Part shown: piece after piece, positions 10,613 to 24,817 of the stretch
How the letters are laid out: every line of letters begins with the position of its first letter
How positions within the stretch are numbered: position 1 is the stretch's first letter
From: the human T2T-CHM13v2.0 reference genome, Homo sapiens
Reading direction: 5' to 3' (one strand)
Assembly: GCF_009914755.1 (NCBI RefSeq)
Contig: NC_060948.1
DNA length: 64,000 bases
Notes under the pieces: generated by a model
What the model saw: only the letters and a program-made list of their open reading frames with translations
Told to the model about the DNA's origin: nothing
Database searches by the model: none
Position numbers and translations under genes: made by a program

Positions 10613-13600
10613 TGGAATGGTCTAGTATGCAATGCAATCGACTGGCAGGGAATCAAGAGGAATGTAATCGAATGGATTGGACTGGAATGCAATGGACTCG
10701 AATAGATTGGAAACGGAATTCAAAGGAATGGAATGGAATAGTATGGAATGGAATGGAAAGGAATGGAGTGGAATAGACTAGAGTGGAATGGAATGGACTC
10801 GAAAGCAATGGACTGGAATGGAACTTTCTTGAATGGACTGGAATCAAACGGAATGGAATGCAATGCAATCAAATGGCATGGAATAAAATAGAATGAAAGA
10901 GAATCAAATGGAATTGAATCGAATGGAATCGAATGGATTGGAAAGGAATAGAATGGAATGGAATGGAATTGACTCAAATGGAATGGACTAGAATGGAATG
11001 GATTCGAATGGAAGGCAAAGGAATGGAATCTATTGGAATGGACTGTAATGGAATGGAATGGAAGGGATTGGAATGGACTCGAATGGAATGGACTGCAATA
11101 GAAAGGATTCGAATGGAATGAAAAAGAATTGAATGGAATAGAACAGAATGGAATCAAATCGAATGAAATGGAATGGAATAGAAAGGAATGGAATGAAATG
11201 GAATGGAAAGGATTCGAATGGAATGCAATCGAATGGAATGGAATCGAACGGAATGGAATAAAATGGAAGAAAACTGGCAAGAAATGGAATCGAAATGAAT
11301 GGAGTGTTATGGAACGGACTCAAAAGGAATTGAATGTAATAGAATGGAGTGGAGTGGACTCGAATATAATGGACTGGAATGGAATGAAATCACATGGAAT
11401 GGGAACGAATGGAATGGAATGGAAAGGAATAGAATCGAATGGAAAGGAATCGAATGGAAGGGAATGAAATTGAATCAACAGGAATGGAAGGGAATAGAAT
11501 AGACGGTAATGGAATGGACTCGAATAGAATGGACACGAATGCTCAAATTGAATGGACTCGAATGGAATGGAAACGAAAGGAATGTCATCGAATGGAATTG
11601 AATCGATTGGAATGAAATCGCATAGAATGGAGTGGAATCAAATGGAATTGAATCGAAAGGAAAGGAAGCCAATGGACTGAAATGAAATGGAATGGAATGG
11701 AATGGAAAGTAATGCAATGGAATAGAATGGAACGAAATTTCACGGAATGGAATGAAACTGAATGGAATCAAATCAATGGAATCTAATCAAGTGGAATGGA
11801 AAGGAATTGAATGGAGTAGATTGGATTGGATGGGATTGGAATGAAATGTACTGGAAAGGACTCGAATTTCATGAAACGGAATGGAATGAATTGGAACGGA
11901 ATGGACTCGAATGGAATGGAATGTCATGGAATGGCATCAAATGGAATGGCATCAAATGGAATGGAATCGAATGCAATGGAATGCTATGGAATGGAATGGA
12001 ATGCATTGGAATGGAATGTTCTCTAATGGAATGGATTCGAGTGGAATGGAATCGAATATAATGGAGTCGAATGAAATGGAATTGAAAGGAATGGGATCGA
12101 ATACAATGGAATATACTGGAATGTAATGTAATGAACTTGAATGTAATTGACTGGAATGGAATGTACATGAATGGAATGTAATCGAATGGAAAGTAATCCA
12201 ATGGAATAGAATCTAATGCAATAAAATCGACTCAGATAGAGTAGAATGTAATGGAATGGAGTGCAGTGCAATGGAATGGAATGGAATGGAATGCAATGGA
12301 ATGGAATGGAATGGAATGGAATGGAATGGAATGGAATGGAATGGTGTGGAATGGATACTAATGGACTGGAGTGAAATGGACTGGAAATGAATGGACTCAA
12401 ATTGAAAGGGCTCGAAAGGAATGGAGTCAAATGGAATGGTCTGGAATGGAATGAACACGAATGTAATGCAATCCAATAGAATGGAATCGAATGGCATGGA
12501 ATATAAAGAAATGGAATCGAAGAGAATGGAAATAAATGGAATGGAATTGAATGGAATGGAATTGAATGGAATGGGAACGAATGGAGTGAAATTGTATGCA
12601 GTAGAAGAGAATAGAATGGAATGCAAGCCAAAGGAAAGGAATGGATTGGAATGGAATGGAATTCATTGGAATGGAAGGGAATGTAGTGTAATGGACAGGC
12701 CTGGAATAAAGTGGAATGCTACGGTCTCGAATGGAATAAAAATGTATGGAATGGAATGCAATGAAACGGAATCGAATGTCATAGAATGTAATGGAATGCA
12801 AAAAAATGGAATCCAAAATCATTGACTGGAAAGGCTGGATGTCGAAAGGAATTGACTCCAATGGAATGGAATCGAATGGAATGGAAGTGAATAGAATCGA
12901 ACTAAATCGAATGGAATGGAATTGATAGGAACGGAATGGAAAGGAATGCAATGATTTGGCATGGAATGGAAACGAATGGTATCTAATGGAATGGAATGGA
13001 ATGTAATGGAATGGAATGTATTAGAATGTAATGAACTTTAATGGAATGTACTCGAATGGATTCGACTGGAATGGAATGTTCTGGAAGTGAATGGACTCCA
13101 ATGGAATGGATTGAAACGGAATGGAATCGTACGGAATGGAATCTAATGGAATGGAATTAAATGGAAATGAATCAAATTGAATAGAACGGAATTGAATTGA
13201 ATGGAATGGAATGCAATGGAATCTAATGAAACGGAAAGGAAAGGAATGGAATGGAATGGAATGGGCTGGAATGGAAAGGAATCGAAACGAATGGAATGGA
13301 ATCGAACTGAAGAGACTGGAATGGAATGCACTGGAATGGAAGGGAGTGTAATGGAAGGTTCTCGAAAAAAATGGAATCGAATGGAATGGAATTGAATGGA
13401 ACGGAATAGAGTCGAATGGAATTGAATGGAATGGAATGGACTAGAGTGAAATGGAATCGAACCACAAGGAATGGACAGGAATAGAATGGTCTCGAATTGA
13501 ATGGAATCGTATGGAATGGCATCAAACGGAATGGAATGGACAGCCACGGAATGGAATGCACTCGAATGCAATGGAGTCGAAACTAATGGATGGAATAGAA

Positions 13601-14170
13601 TGGACTTGACTGGTACGGACTCCAATGGAATGGAATCGAATGGAAGGGAATCGAACGGAATGGACTCGAAGGGAAAAGACTGCAATGGAAAGGTCTCCAA
13701 TGGAATGGAAATTAATGGAATGGAATGGAATCGAATGAAATGGAGTCAAAAGGAATGGAATCGAATGGCAAGAAATCGAATGTAATGGAATCGCAAGGAA
13801 TTGATGTGAACTGAACGGAATGGAATGGAATCCAAAGGAATGGAATAGAATGGAATGGAATCGAATGGAAAGGACTCGAATGGAAATCACTCGAATAGAA
13901 TGCAATTTAATAAAATAGGATTAAATGTAATGGAATGGAATGGAAAGGAATCGAAACGAAAGGAATGGAGACAGATGGAATGGAATGGAACAGAGAGCAA
14001 TGGTATAGAATGGAATGGAATCATCTGGAATGGAATTGAATGGAATGGAATAATATGAAATGGAATGGAATGGAATGGAATGGAATGCCCTTGAATTAAA
14101 TGGACTGGAATGGAATGGACTCGAACAGAGTGGAATGGAAAGTGTTGAGATAGAATGGAATGGACTCCTT
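10613..14170 (+). repeat. DYZ1 unit 4 (3558 bp)
   Basis: Landmark spacing. 1-bp deletion at 13590/13591 (GGACTGG>GGATGG) and an extra EcoRI site at 10716. Confidence 0.9.
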
Positions 14171-17100
14171 CGGAATGGTGTAGTATGCAATGCAATCGAC
14201 TGGCAGGGAATCAAAAGGAATGTAATGGAATGGATTGGACTGGAATGCAATGGACTCGAATAGATTGGAAACGGAATGCAAAGGAATGGAATGGAATAGT
14301 ATGGAATGGAATGGAAAGGAATGGAGTGGAATAGACTAGAGTGGAATGGAATGGACTGGAAAGCAATGGACTGGAATGGAACTTTCTTGAATGGACTGGA
14401 ATCAAACGGAATGGAATGCAATGCAATCAAATGGCATAGAATAAGATAGAATGAAAGAGAATCAAATGGAATTGAATGGAATGGAATCAAATGGATTGGA
14501 AAGGAATAGAATGGAATGGAATGGAATTGACTCAAATGGAATGGACTAGAATGGAATGGATTCGAATGGAAGGCAAAGGAATGGAATCTATTGGAATGTA
14601 CTGTAATGGAATGCAATGGAAGGGATTGGAATGGACTCGAATGGAATGGACTGCAATAGAAAGGATTCGAATGGAATGAAAAAGAATTGAATGGAATAGA
14701 ACAGAATGGAATCAAATCGAATGAAATGGAATGGAATAGAAAGGAATGGAATGAAATGGAATGGAAAGGATTCGAATGGAATGCAAACGAATGGAATGGA
14801 ATCGAACGGAATCGAATAAAATGGAAGAAAACTGGCAAGAAATGGAATCGAAATGAATGGAGTGTTATGGAAGGGACTCAAAAGGAATTGAATGTAATAG
14901 AATGGAGTGGAGTGGACTCGAATATAATGGACTGGAATGGAATGAAATCACATGGAATGGGAACGAATGGAATGGAATGGAAAGGAATGGAATCGAATGG
15001 AAAGGAATCGATTGGAAGAGAATGAAATTGAACCAACAGGAATGGAAGGGATTAGAATAGACCGTAATGGAATGGACTCGAATAGAATGGACACGAATGC
15101 TCAAATTGAATGGACTCGAATGGAATGGAAACGAAAGGAATGTCATCGAATGGAATTGAATCGATTGGAATGAAATCGCATAGAATGGAGTGGAATCAAA
15201 TGGAATTGAATCGAAAGGAAAGGAAGCGAATGGACTGAAATGAAATGGAATGGAATTGAATGGAAAGTAATGCAATGGAATAGAATGGAACGAAATTTCA
15301 CGGAATGGAATCAAACTGAATGGAATCAAATCAATGGAATCAAATCAAATGGAATGGAAAGGAATTGAATGGAGTAGATTGGATTGGATGGGATTGGAAT
15401 GAAATGTACTGGAAAGGACTCGAATTTCATGAAACGGAATGGAATGAATTGGAACGGAATGGACTCGAATGGAATGGAATGTCATGGAATGGCATCAAAT
15501 GGAATGGCATCAAATGGAATGGAATCGAATGCAATGGAATGCTATGGAATGGAATGGAATGCATTGGAATGGAATGTCCTCTAATGGAATGGATTCGAGT
15601 GGAATGGAATCGAATATAATGGAGTCGAATGAAATGGAATTGAAAAGAATGGGATCGAATACAATGGAATATACTGGAATGTAATGTAATGAACACGAAT
15701 GTAATTGTCTGGAATGGAATGTATATGAATGGAATGTAATCGAATGGAAAGTAATCCAATGGAATAGAATCTAATGCAATAAAATCGACTCAGATAGAGT
15801 AGAATGTAATGGAATGGAGTGCAGTGCAATGGAATGGAATGGAATGGAATGCAATGGAATGGAATGGAATGGAATGGAATGGGATGGAATGGTATGGAAT
15901 GGATAGTAATGGACTGGAGTGAAATGGACTGGAAAGGAATGGACTCAAATTGAAAGGGCTCGAAAGGAATGGAGACAAACGGAATGGTCTGGAATGGAAT
16001 GAACACGAATGTAATGCAATCCAATAGAATGGAGTCGAATGGCATGGAATATAAAGAAATGGAATCGAAGAGAATAGAAACAAATGGAATGGAATTGAAT
16101 GGAATGGAATTGAATGGAATGGGAACGAATGGAGTGAAATTGTATGCACTAGAAGAGAATAGAATGGAATGCAAGTGAAAGGAAAGGAATGGATTGGAAT
16201 GGAAAGGAATTCATTGGAATGGAAGGGAATGTAGTGTAATGGACAGGCCTGGAATAAAGTGGAATGCTACGGTCTCGAGTGGAATAAAAATGTATGGATT
16301 GGAATGCAATGAAACGGAATCGAATGTCATAGAATGTAATGGAATGCAAAAAAATGGAATCCAAAATCATTGACTGGAAAGGCTGGGTGTCGAAAGGAAT
16401 TGACTCCAATGGAATGGAATCGAATGGAATGGAAGTGAATAGAATCGAACTAAATCGAATGGAATGGAATTGATAGGAACGGAATGGAAAGGAATGCAAT
16501 GATTTGGCATGGAATGGAATCGAATGGCATCGAATGGAATGGAATGGAATGCAATGGAATGGAATGTATTAGAATGTAATGAACTTTAATGGAATGTACT
16601 CGAAAGGATTTGACTGGAATGGAATGTTCTGGAAGTGAATGGACTCCAATGGAATGGATTCGAAAGGAATGGAATCGTACGGAATGGAATCTAATGGAAT
16701 GGAATTAAATGGAAATGAATCAAATTGAATAGCACGGAATTGAATTGAATGGAATGGAATGCAATGGAATCTAATGAAACGGAAAGGAAAGGAATGCAAT
16801 GGAATGGAATGGGCTGGAATGGAAAGGAATCGAAACGAATGGAATGGAATCGAACTGAAGAGACTGGAATGGAATGCACTGGAATGGAAGGGAGTGTAAT
16901 GGAATGTTCTCGAAAAAAATGGAATCGAATGGAATGGAATTGAGTGGAACGGAATAGAGTCGAATGGAATTGAATGGAATGGAATGGACTAGAGTGAAAT
17001 GGAATCGAACCACAAGGAATGGACAGGAATAGAATGGTCTCGAATTGAATGGAATCGTATGGAATGGCATCAAACGGAATGGAATGGACAGCCACGGAAT

Positions 17101-17709
17101 GGAATGCACTCGAATGCAATGGAGTCGAAACTAATGGACTGGAATAGAATGGACTCGACTGGTACGGACTCCAATGGAATGGAATCGAATGGAAGGGAAT
17201 CGAACGGAATGGACTCGAAGGGAAAAGACTGCAATGGAACGGTCTCGAATGGAATGGAAATTAATGGAATGGAATGGAATCGAATGAAATGGAGTCAAAA
17301 GGAATGGAATCGAATGGCAAGAAATCGAATGTAATGGAATCGCAAGGAATTGATGTGAACGGAACGGAATGGAATGGAATCCAAAGGAATGGAATAGAAT
17401 GGAATGGAATCGAATGGAAAGGACTCGAATGGAAATCACTCGAATAGAATGCAATTTAATAAAATAGGATCAAATGTAATGGAATGGAATGGAAAGGAAT
17501 CGAAACGAAAGGAATGGAGACAGATGGAATGGAATGGAACAGATAGCAATGGTATACAATGGAATGGAATCATCTGGAATGGAATTGAATGGAATGGAAT
17601 AATATGAAATGGAATGGAATGGAATGGAATGGAATGCCCTTGAATTAAATGGACTGGACTCGAACAGAGTGGAATGGAAAGTGTTGAGATAGAATGGAAT
17701 GGACTCCTT
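14171..17709 (+). repeat. DYZ1 unit 5 (3539 bp)
   Basis: Landmark spacing. Shares many private variants with unit 1. Confidence 0.9.
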
Positions 17710-20700
17710 TGGAATGGTCTAGTATGCAATGCAATCGACTGGCAGGGAATCAAAAGGAATGTAATGGAATTGATTGGACTGGAATGCAATGGACTCGAAT
17801 AGATTGGAAACGGAATGCAAAGGAATGGAATGGAATAGTATGGAATGGAATGGAAAGGAATGGAGTGGAATAGACTAGAGTGGAATGGAATGGACTGGAA
17901 AGCAATGGACTGGAATGAAACTTTCTTGAATGGACTGGAATCAAACGGAATGGAATGCAATGCAATCAAATTTCATGGAATAAGATAGAATGAAAGAGAA
18001 TCAAATGGAATTGAATCGAATGGAATCGAATGGATTGGAAAGGAAGAGAATGGAATGGAATGGAATTGACTCAAATGGAATGGACTAGAATGGAATGGAT
18101 TCGAATGGAAGGCAAAGGAATGGAATCTATTGGAATGGACTGTAATGGAATGGAATGGAAGGGATTGGAATGGACTCGAATGGAATGGACTGCAATAGAA
18201 AGGATTCGAATGGAATGAAAAAGAATTGAATGGAATAGAACAGAATGGAATCAAATCGAATGAAATGGAATGGAATAGAAAGGAATGGAATGAAATGGAA
18301 TGGAAAGGATTCGAATGGAATGGAATCGAATGGAATGGAATCGAACGGAATGGAATAAAATGGAAGAAAACTGGCAAGAAATGGAATCGAAATGAATGGA
18401 GTGTTATGGAACGGACTCAAAAGGAATTGAATGTAATAGAATGGAGTGGAGTGGACTCGAATATAATGGACTGGAATGGAATGAAATCACATGGAATGGG
18501 AACGAATGGAATGGAAAGGAATGGAATCGAATGTAAAGGAATCGAACGGAAGGGAATGAAATTGAATCAACAGGAATGGAAGGGAATAGAATAGACTGTA
18601 ATGGAATGGACACGAATAGAATGGACACGAATGCTCAAATTGAATGGACTCGAATGGAATGGAAAGGAAAGGAAAGTCATCGAATGGAATTGAATCGATT
18701 GGAATGAAATCGCATAGAATGGAGTGGAATCAAATGGAATTGAATCGAAAGGAAAGGAAGCGAATGGACTGAAATGAAATGGAATGGAATTGAATGGAAA
18801 GTAATGCAATGGAATAGAATGGAACGAAATTTCACGGAATGGAATCAAACTGAATGGAATCAAATCAATGGAATCTAATCAAATGGAATGGAAAGGAATT
18901 GAATGGAGTATATTGGATTGGATGGGATTGGAATGAAATGTACTGGAAAGGACTCGAATTTCATGAAACGGAATGGAATGAATTGGAACGGAATGGACTC
19001 GAATGGAATGGAATGACATGGAATGGCATCAAATGGAATGGCATCAAATGGAATGGAATCGAATACAATGGAATGCTATGGAATGGAATGGAATGCATTG
19101 GAATGGAATGTCCTCTAATGGAATGGATTCGAGTGGAATGGAATCGAATATAATGGAGTCGAATGAAATGGAATTGAAAGGAATGGGATCGAATAGAATG
19201 GAATATACTGGAATGTAATGTAATGAACTCGAATGTAATTGACTGGAATGGAATGTACATGAATGGAATGTAATCGAATGGAAAGTAATCCAATGGAATA
19301 GAATCTAATGCAATAAAATCGACTCAGATAGAGTAGAATGTAATGGAATGGAGTGCAGTGCAATGGAATGGAATGGAATGGAATGCAATGGAATGGAATG
19401 GAATGGAATGGAATGGAATGGAATGGGATGGAATGGGATGGAATGGTATGGAATGGATAGTAATGGACTGGAGTGAAATGGACTGGAAAGGAATGGACTC
19501 AAATTGAAAGGGCTCGAAAGGAATGGAGACAAATGAAATGGTCTGGAATGGAATGAACACGAATGTAATGCAATCCAATAGAATGGAGTCGAATGGCATG
19601 GAATATAAAGAAATGGAATCGAAGAGAATGGAAACAAATGGAATGGAATTGAATGGAATGGAATTGAATGGAATGGGAACGAATGGAGTGAAATTGTATG
19701 CAGTAGAAGAGAATAGAATGGAATTCAAGCGAAAGGAAAGGAATGGATTGGAATGGAATAGAATTCATTGGAATGGAAGGGAATGTAGTGTAATGGACAG
19801 GCCTGGAATAAAGTGGAATGCTACGGTCTCGAATGGAATAAAAATGTATGGAATGGAATGCAATGAAACGGAATCGAATGTCATCGAATGTAATGGAATG
19901 CAAAAAAATGGACTCCAAAATCATTGACTGGAAAGGCTGGGTGTCGAAAGGAATTGACTCCAATGGAATGGAATCGAATGGAATGGAAGTGAATAGAATC
20001 AAACTAAATCGAATGGAATGGAATTGATAGGAACGGAATGGAAAGGAATGCAATGATTTGGCATGGAATGGAATCGAATGGCATCAAATGGAATGGAATG
20101 GAATGCAATGGAATGGAATGTATTAGAATATAATGAACTTTAATGGAATGTACTCGAATGGATTCGACTGGAATGGAATGTTCTGGAAGTGAATGGACTC
20201 CAATGGAATGGATTCCAAAGGAATGGAATCGTACGGAATGGAATCTAATGGAATGGAATTAAATGGAAATGAATCAAATTGAATAGCACGGAATTGAATT
20301 GAATGGAATGGAATGCAATGGAATCTAATGAAACGGAAAGGAAAGGAATGCAATGGAATGGAATGGGCTGGAATGGAAAGGAATCGAAACGAATGGAATG
20401 GAATCGAACTGAAGAGACTGGAATGGAAAGCACTGGAATGGAAGGGAGTGTAATGGAAGGTTCTCGAAAAAAATGGAATCGAATGGAATGCAATTGAATG
20501 GAACGGAATAGAGTCGAATGCAATTGAATGGAATGGAATGGACTAGAGTGAAATGGAATCGAACCACAAGGAATGGACAGGAATAGAATGGTCTCGAATT
20601 GAATGGAATCGTATGGAATGGCATCAAACGAAATGGAATGGACAGCCACGGAATGGAATGCACTCGAATGCAATGGAGTCGAAACTAATGGACTGGAATA

Positions 20701-21273
20701 GAATGGACTCGACTGGTAAGGACTCCAATGGAATGGAATCGAATGGAAGGGAAACGAACGGAATGGACTCGAAGGGAAAAGACTGCAATGGAAAGGTCTC
20801 GAATGGAATGGAAATTAATGGAATGGAATGGAATCCAATGAAATGGAGTCAAAAGGAATGGAATCGAATGGCAAGAAATCGAATGTAATGGAATCGCAAG
20901 GAATTGATGTGAACGGAACGGAATGGAATGGAATCCAAAGGAATGGAATAGAATGGAATGGAATCGAATGGAAAGGACTCGAATGGAAATCACTCGAATA
21001 GAATGCAATTTAATAAAATAGGATCAAATGTAATGGAATGGAATGGAAAGGAATCGAAACGAAAGGAATGGAGACCGATGGAATGGAATGGAACAGAGAG
21101 CAATGGTATAGAATGGAATGGAATCATCTGGAATGGAATTGAATGGAATGGAATAATATGAAATGGAATGGAATGGAATGGAATGGAATGCCCTTGAATT
21201 AAATGGACTGGAATGGAATGGACTCGAACAGAGTGGAATGGAAAGTGTTGAGATAGAATGGAATGGACTCCTT
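17710..21273 (+). repeat. DYZ1 unit 6 (3564 bp)
   Basis: Landmark spacing. The first part resembles unit 2 and the last part resembles unit 7. Extra EcoRI site at 19721. Confidence 0.9.
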
Positions 21274-24200
21274 TGGAATGGTGTAGTATGCAATGTAATC
21301 GACTGGCAGGGAATCAAAAGGAATGTAATCGAATGGATTGGACTGGAATGCAATGGACTCGAATAGATTGGAAACGGAATGCAAAGGAATGGAATGGAAT
21401 AGTATGGAATGGAATGGAATGGAATGGAGTGGAATAGACTAGAGTGGAATGGAATGGACTGGAAAGCAATGGACTGGAATGGAACTTTCTTGAATGGACT
21501 GGAATCAAACGGAATGGAATGCAATGCAATCAAATGGCATGGAATAAAATAGAATGAAAGAGAATCAAATGGAATTGAATCGAATGGAATCGAATGGATT
21601 GGAAAGGAATAGAATGGAATGGAATGGAATTGACTCAAATGGAATGGACTAGAATGGAATGGATTCGAATGGAAGGCAAAGGAATGGAATCTATTGGAAT
21701 GGACTGTAATGGAATGGAATGGAAGGGATTGGAATGGACTCGAATGGAATGGACTGCAATAGAAAGGATTCGAATGGAATGAAAAAGAATTGAATGGAAT
21801 AGAACAGAATGGAATCAAATCGAATGAAATGGAATGGAATAGAAAGGAATGGAATGAAATGGAATGGAAAGGATTCGAATGGAATGCAATCGAATGGAAT
21901 GGAATCGAACGGAATGGAATAAAATGGAAGAAAACTGGCAAGAAATGGAATCGAAATGAATGGAGTGTTATGGAACGGACTCAAAAGGAATTGAATGTAA
22001 TAGAATGGAGTGGAGTGGACTCGAATATAATGGACTGGAATGGAATGAAATCACATGGAATGGGAACGAATGGAATGGAATGGAAAGGAATGGAATGGAA
22101 TGGAAAGGAATCGAATGGAAGGGAATGAAATTGAATCAACAGGAATGGAAGGGAATAGAATAGACGGTAATGGAATGGACTCGAATAGAATGGACACGAA
22201 TGCTCAAATTGAATGGACTCGAAAGGAATGGAAAGGAAAGGAATGTCATCGAATGGAATTGAATCGATTGGAATGAAATCGCATAGAATGGAGTGGAATC
22301 AAATGGAATTGAATCGAAAGGAAAGGAAGCGAATGGACTGAAATGAAATGGAATGGAATTGAATGGAAAGTAATGCAATGGAATAGAATGGAACGAAATT
22401 TCACGGAATGGAATCAAACTGAATGGAATCAAATCAATGGAATCTAATCAAATGGAATGGAAAGGAATTGAATGGAGTAGATTGGATTGGATGGGATTGG
22501 AATGAAATGTACTGGAAAGGACTCGAATTTCATGAAACGGAATGGAATGAATTGGAACGGAATGGACTCGAATGGAATGGAATGTCATCGAATGGCATCA
22601 AATGGAATGGCATCAAATGGAATGGAATCGAATGCAATGGAATGCTATGGAATGGAATGGAATGCATTGGAATGGAATGTCCTCTAATGGAATGGATTCG
22701 AGTGGAATGGAATCGAATATAATGGAGTCGAATGAAATGGAATTGAAAAGAATGGGATCGAATACAATGGAATATACTGGAATGTAATGTAATGAACTCG
22801 AATGTAATTGACTGGAATGGAATGTACATGAATGGAATGTAATCGAATAGAAAGTAATCCAATGGAATAGAATGTAATGCAATAAAATCGACTCAGATAG
22901 AGTAGAATGTAATGGAATGGAGTGTAGTGCAATGGAATGGAATGGAATGGAATGCAATGGAATGGAATGGAATGGAATGGAATGGGATGGAATGGTATGG
23001 AATGGATAGTAATGGACTGGAGTGAAATGGACTGGAAAGGAATGGACTCAAATTGAAAGGGCTCGAAAGGAATGGAGACAAATGGAATGGTCTGGAATGG
23101 AATGAACACGAATGTAATGCAATCCAATAGAATGGAGTCGAATGGCAGGGAATATAAAGAAATGGAATCGAAGAGAATGGAAAAAAATGGAATGGAATTG
23201 AATGGAATGGAATTGAATGGAATGGGAACGAATGGAGTGAAATTGTATGCAGTAGAAGAGAATAGAATGGAATGCAAGCGAAAGGAAAGGAATGGATTGG
23301 AATGGAATGGAATTCATTGGAATGGAAGGGAATGTAGTGTAATGGACAGGCCTGGAATAAAGTGGAATGCTACGGTCTCGAATGGAATAAAAATGTATGG
23401 AATGGAATGCAATGAAACGGAATCGAATGTCATAGAATGTAATGGAATGCAAAAAAATGGAATCCAAAATCATTGACTGGAAAGGCTGGGTGTCGAAAGG
23501 AATTGACTCCAATGGAATGGAATCGAATGGAATGGAAGTGAATAGAATCAAACTAAATCGAATGGAATGGAATTGATAGGAACGGAATGGAAAGGAATGC
23601 AATGATTTGGCATGGAATGGAATCGAATGGCATCAAATGGAATGGAATGGAATGCAATGGAATGGAATGTATTAGAATATAATGAACTTTAATGGAATGT
23701 ACTCGAATGGATTCGACTGGAATGGAATGTTCTGGAAGTGAATGGACTCCAATGGAATGGATTCCAAAGGAATGGAATCGTACGGAATGGAATCTAATGG
23801 AATGGAATTAAATGGAAATGAATCAAATTGAATAGCACGGAATTGAATTGAATGGAATGGAATGCAATGGAATCTAATGAAACGGAAAGGAAAGGAATGC
23901 AATGGAATGGAATGGGCTGGAATGGAAAGGAATCGAAACGAATGGAATGGAATCGAACTGAAGAGACTGGAATGGAAAGCACTGGAATGGAAGGGAGTGT
24001 AATGGAAGGTTCTCGAAAAAAATGGAATCGAATGGAATGCAATTGAATGGAACGGAATAGAGTCGAATGCAATTGAATGGAATGGAATGGACTAGAGTGA
24101 AATGGAATCGAACCACAAGGAATGGACAGGAATAGAATGGTCTCGAATTGAATGGAATCGTATGGAATGGCATCAAACGAAATGGAATGGACAGCCACGG

Positions 24201-24817
24201 AATGGAATGCACTCGAATGCAATGGAGTCGAAACTAATGGACTGGAATAGAATGGACTCGACTGGTAAGGACTCCAATGGAATGGAATCGAATGGAAGGG
24301 AAACGAACGGAATGGACTCGAAGGGAAAAGACTGCAATGGAAAGGTCTCGAATGGAATGGAAATTAATGGAATGGAATGGAATCCAATGAAATGGAGTCA
24401 AAAGGAATGGAATCGAATGGCAAGAAATCGAATGTAATGGAATCGCAAGGAATTGATGTGAACGGAACGGAATGGAATGGAATCCAAAGGAATGGAATAG
24501 AATGGAATGGAATCGAATGGAAAGGACTCGAATGGAAATCACTCAAATAGAATGAAATTTAATAAAATGGGATCAAATGTAATGGAATGGAATGGAAAGG
24601 AATCGAAACGAAAGGAATGGAGACAGATGGAATGGAATGGAACTGAGAGCAATGGTATAGAATGGAATGGAATCATCTGGAATGGAATTGAATGGAATGG
24701 AATAATATGAAATGGAATGGAATGGAATGGAATGCCCTTGAATTAAATGGGCTGGAATGGAATGGACTCCAACAGAGTGGAATGGAAAGTGTTGAGATAG
24801 CATGGAATGGACTCCTT
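21274..24817 (+). repeat. DYZ1 unit 7 (3544 bp)
   Basis: Landmark spacing. Confidence 0.9.
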
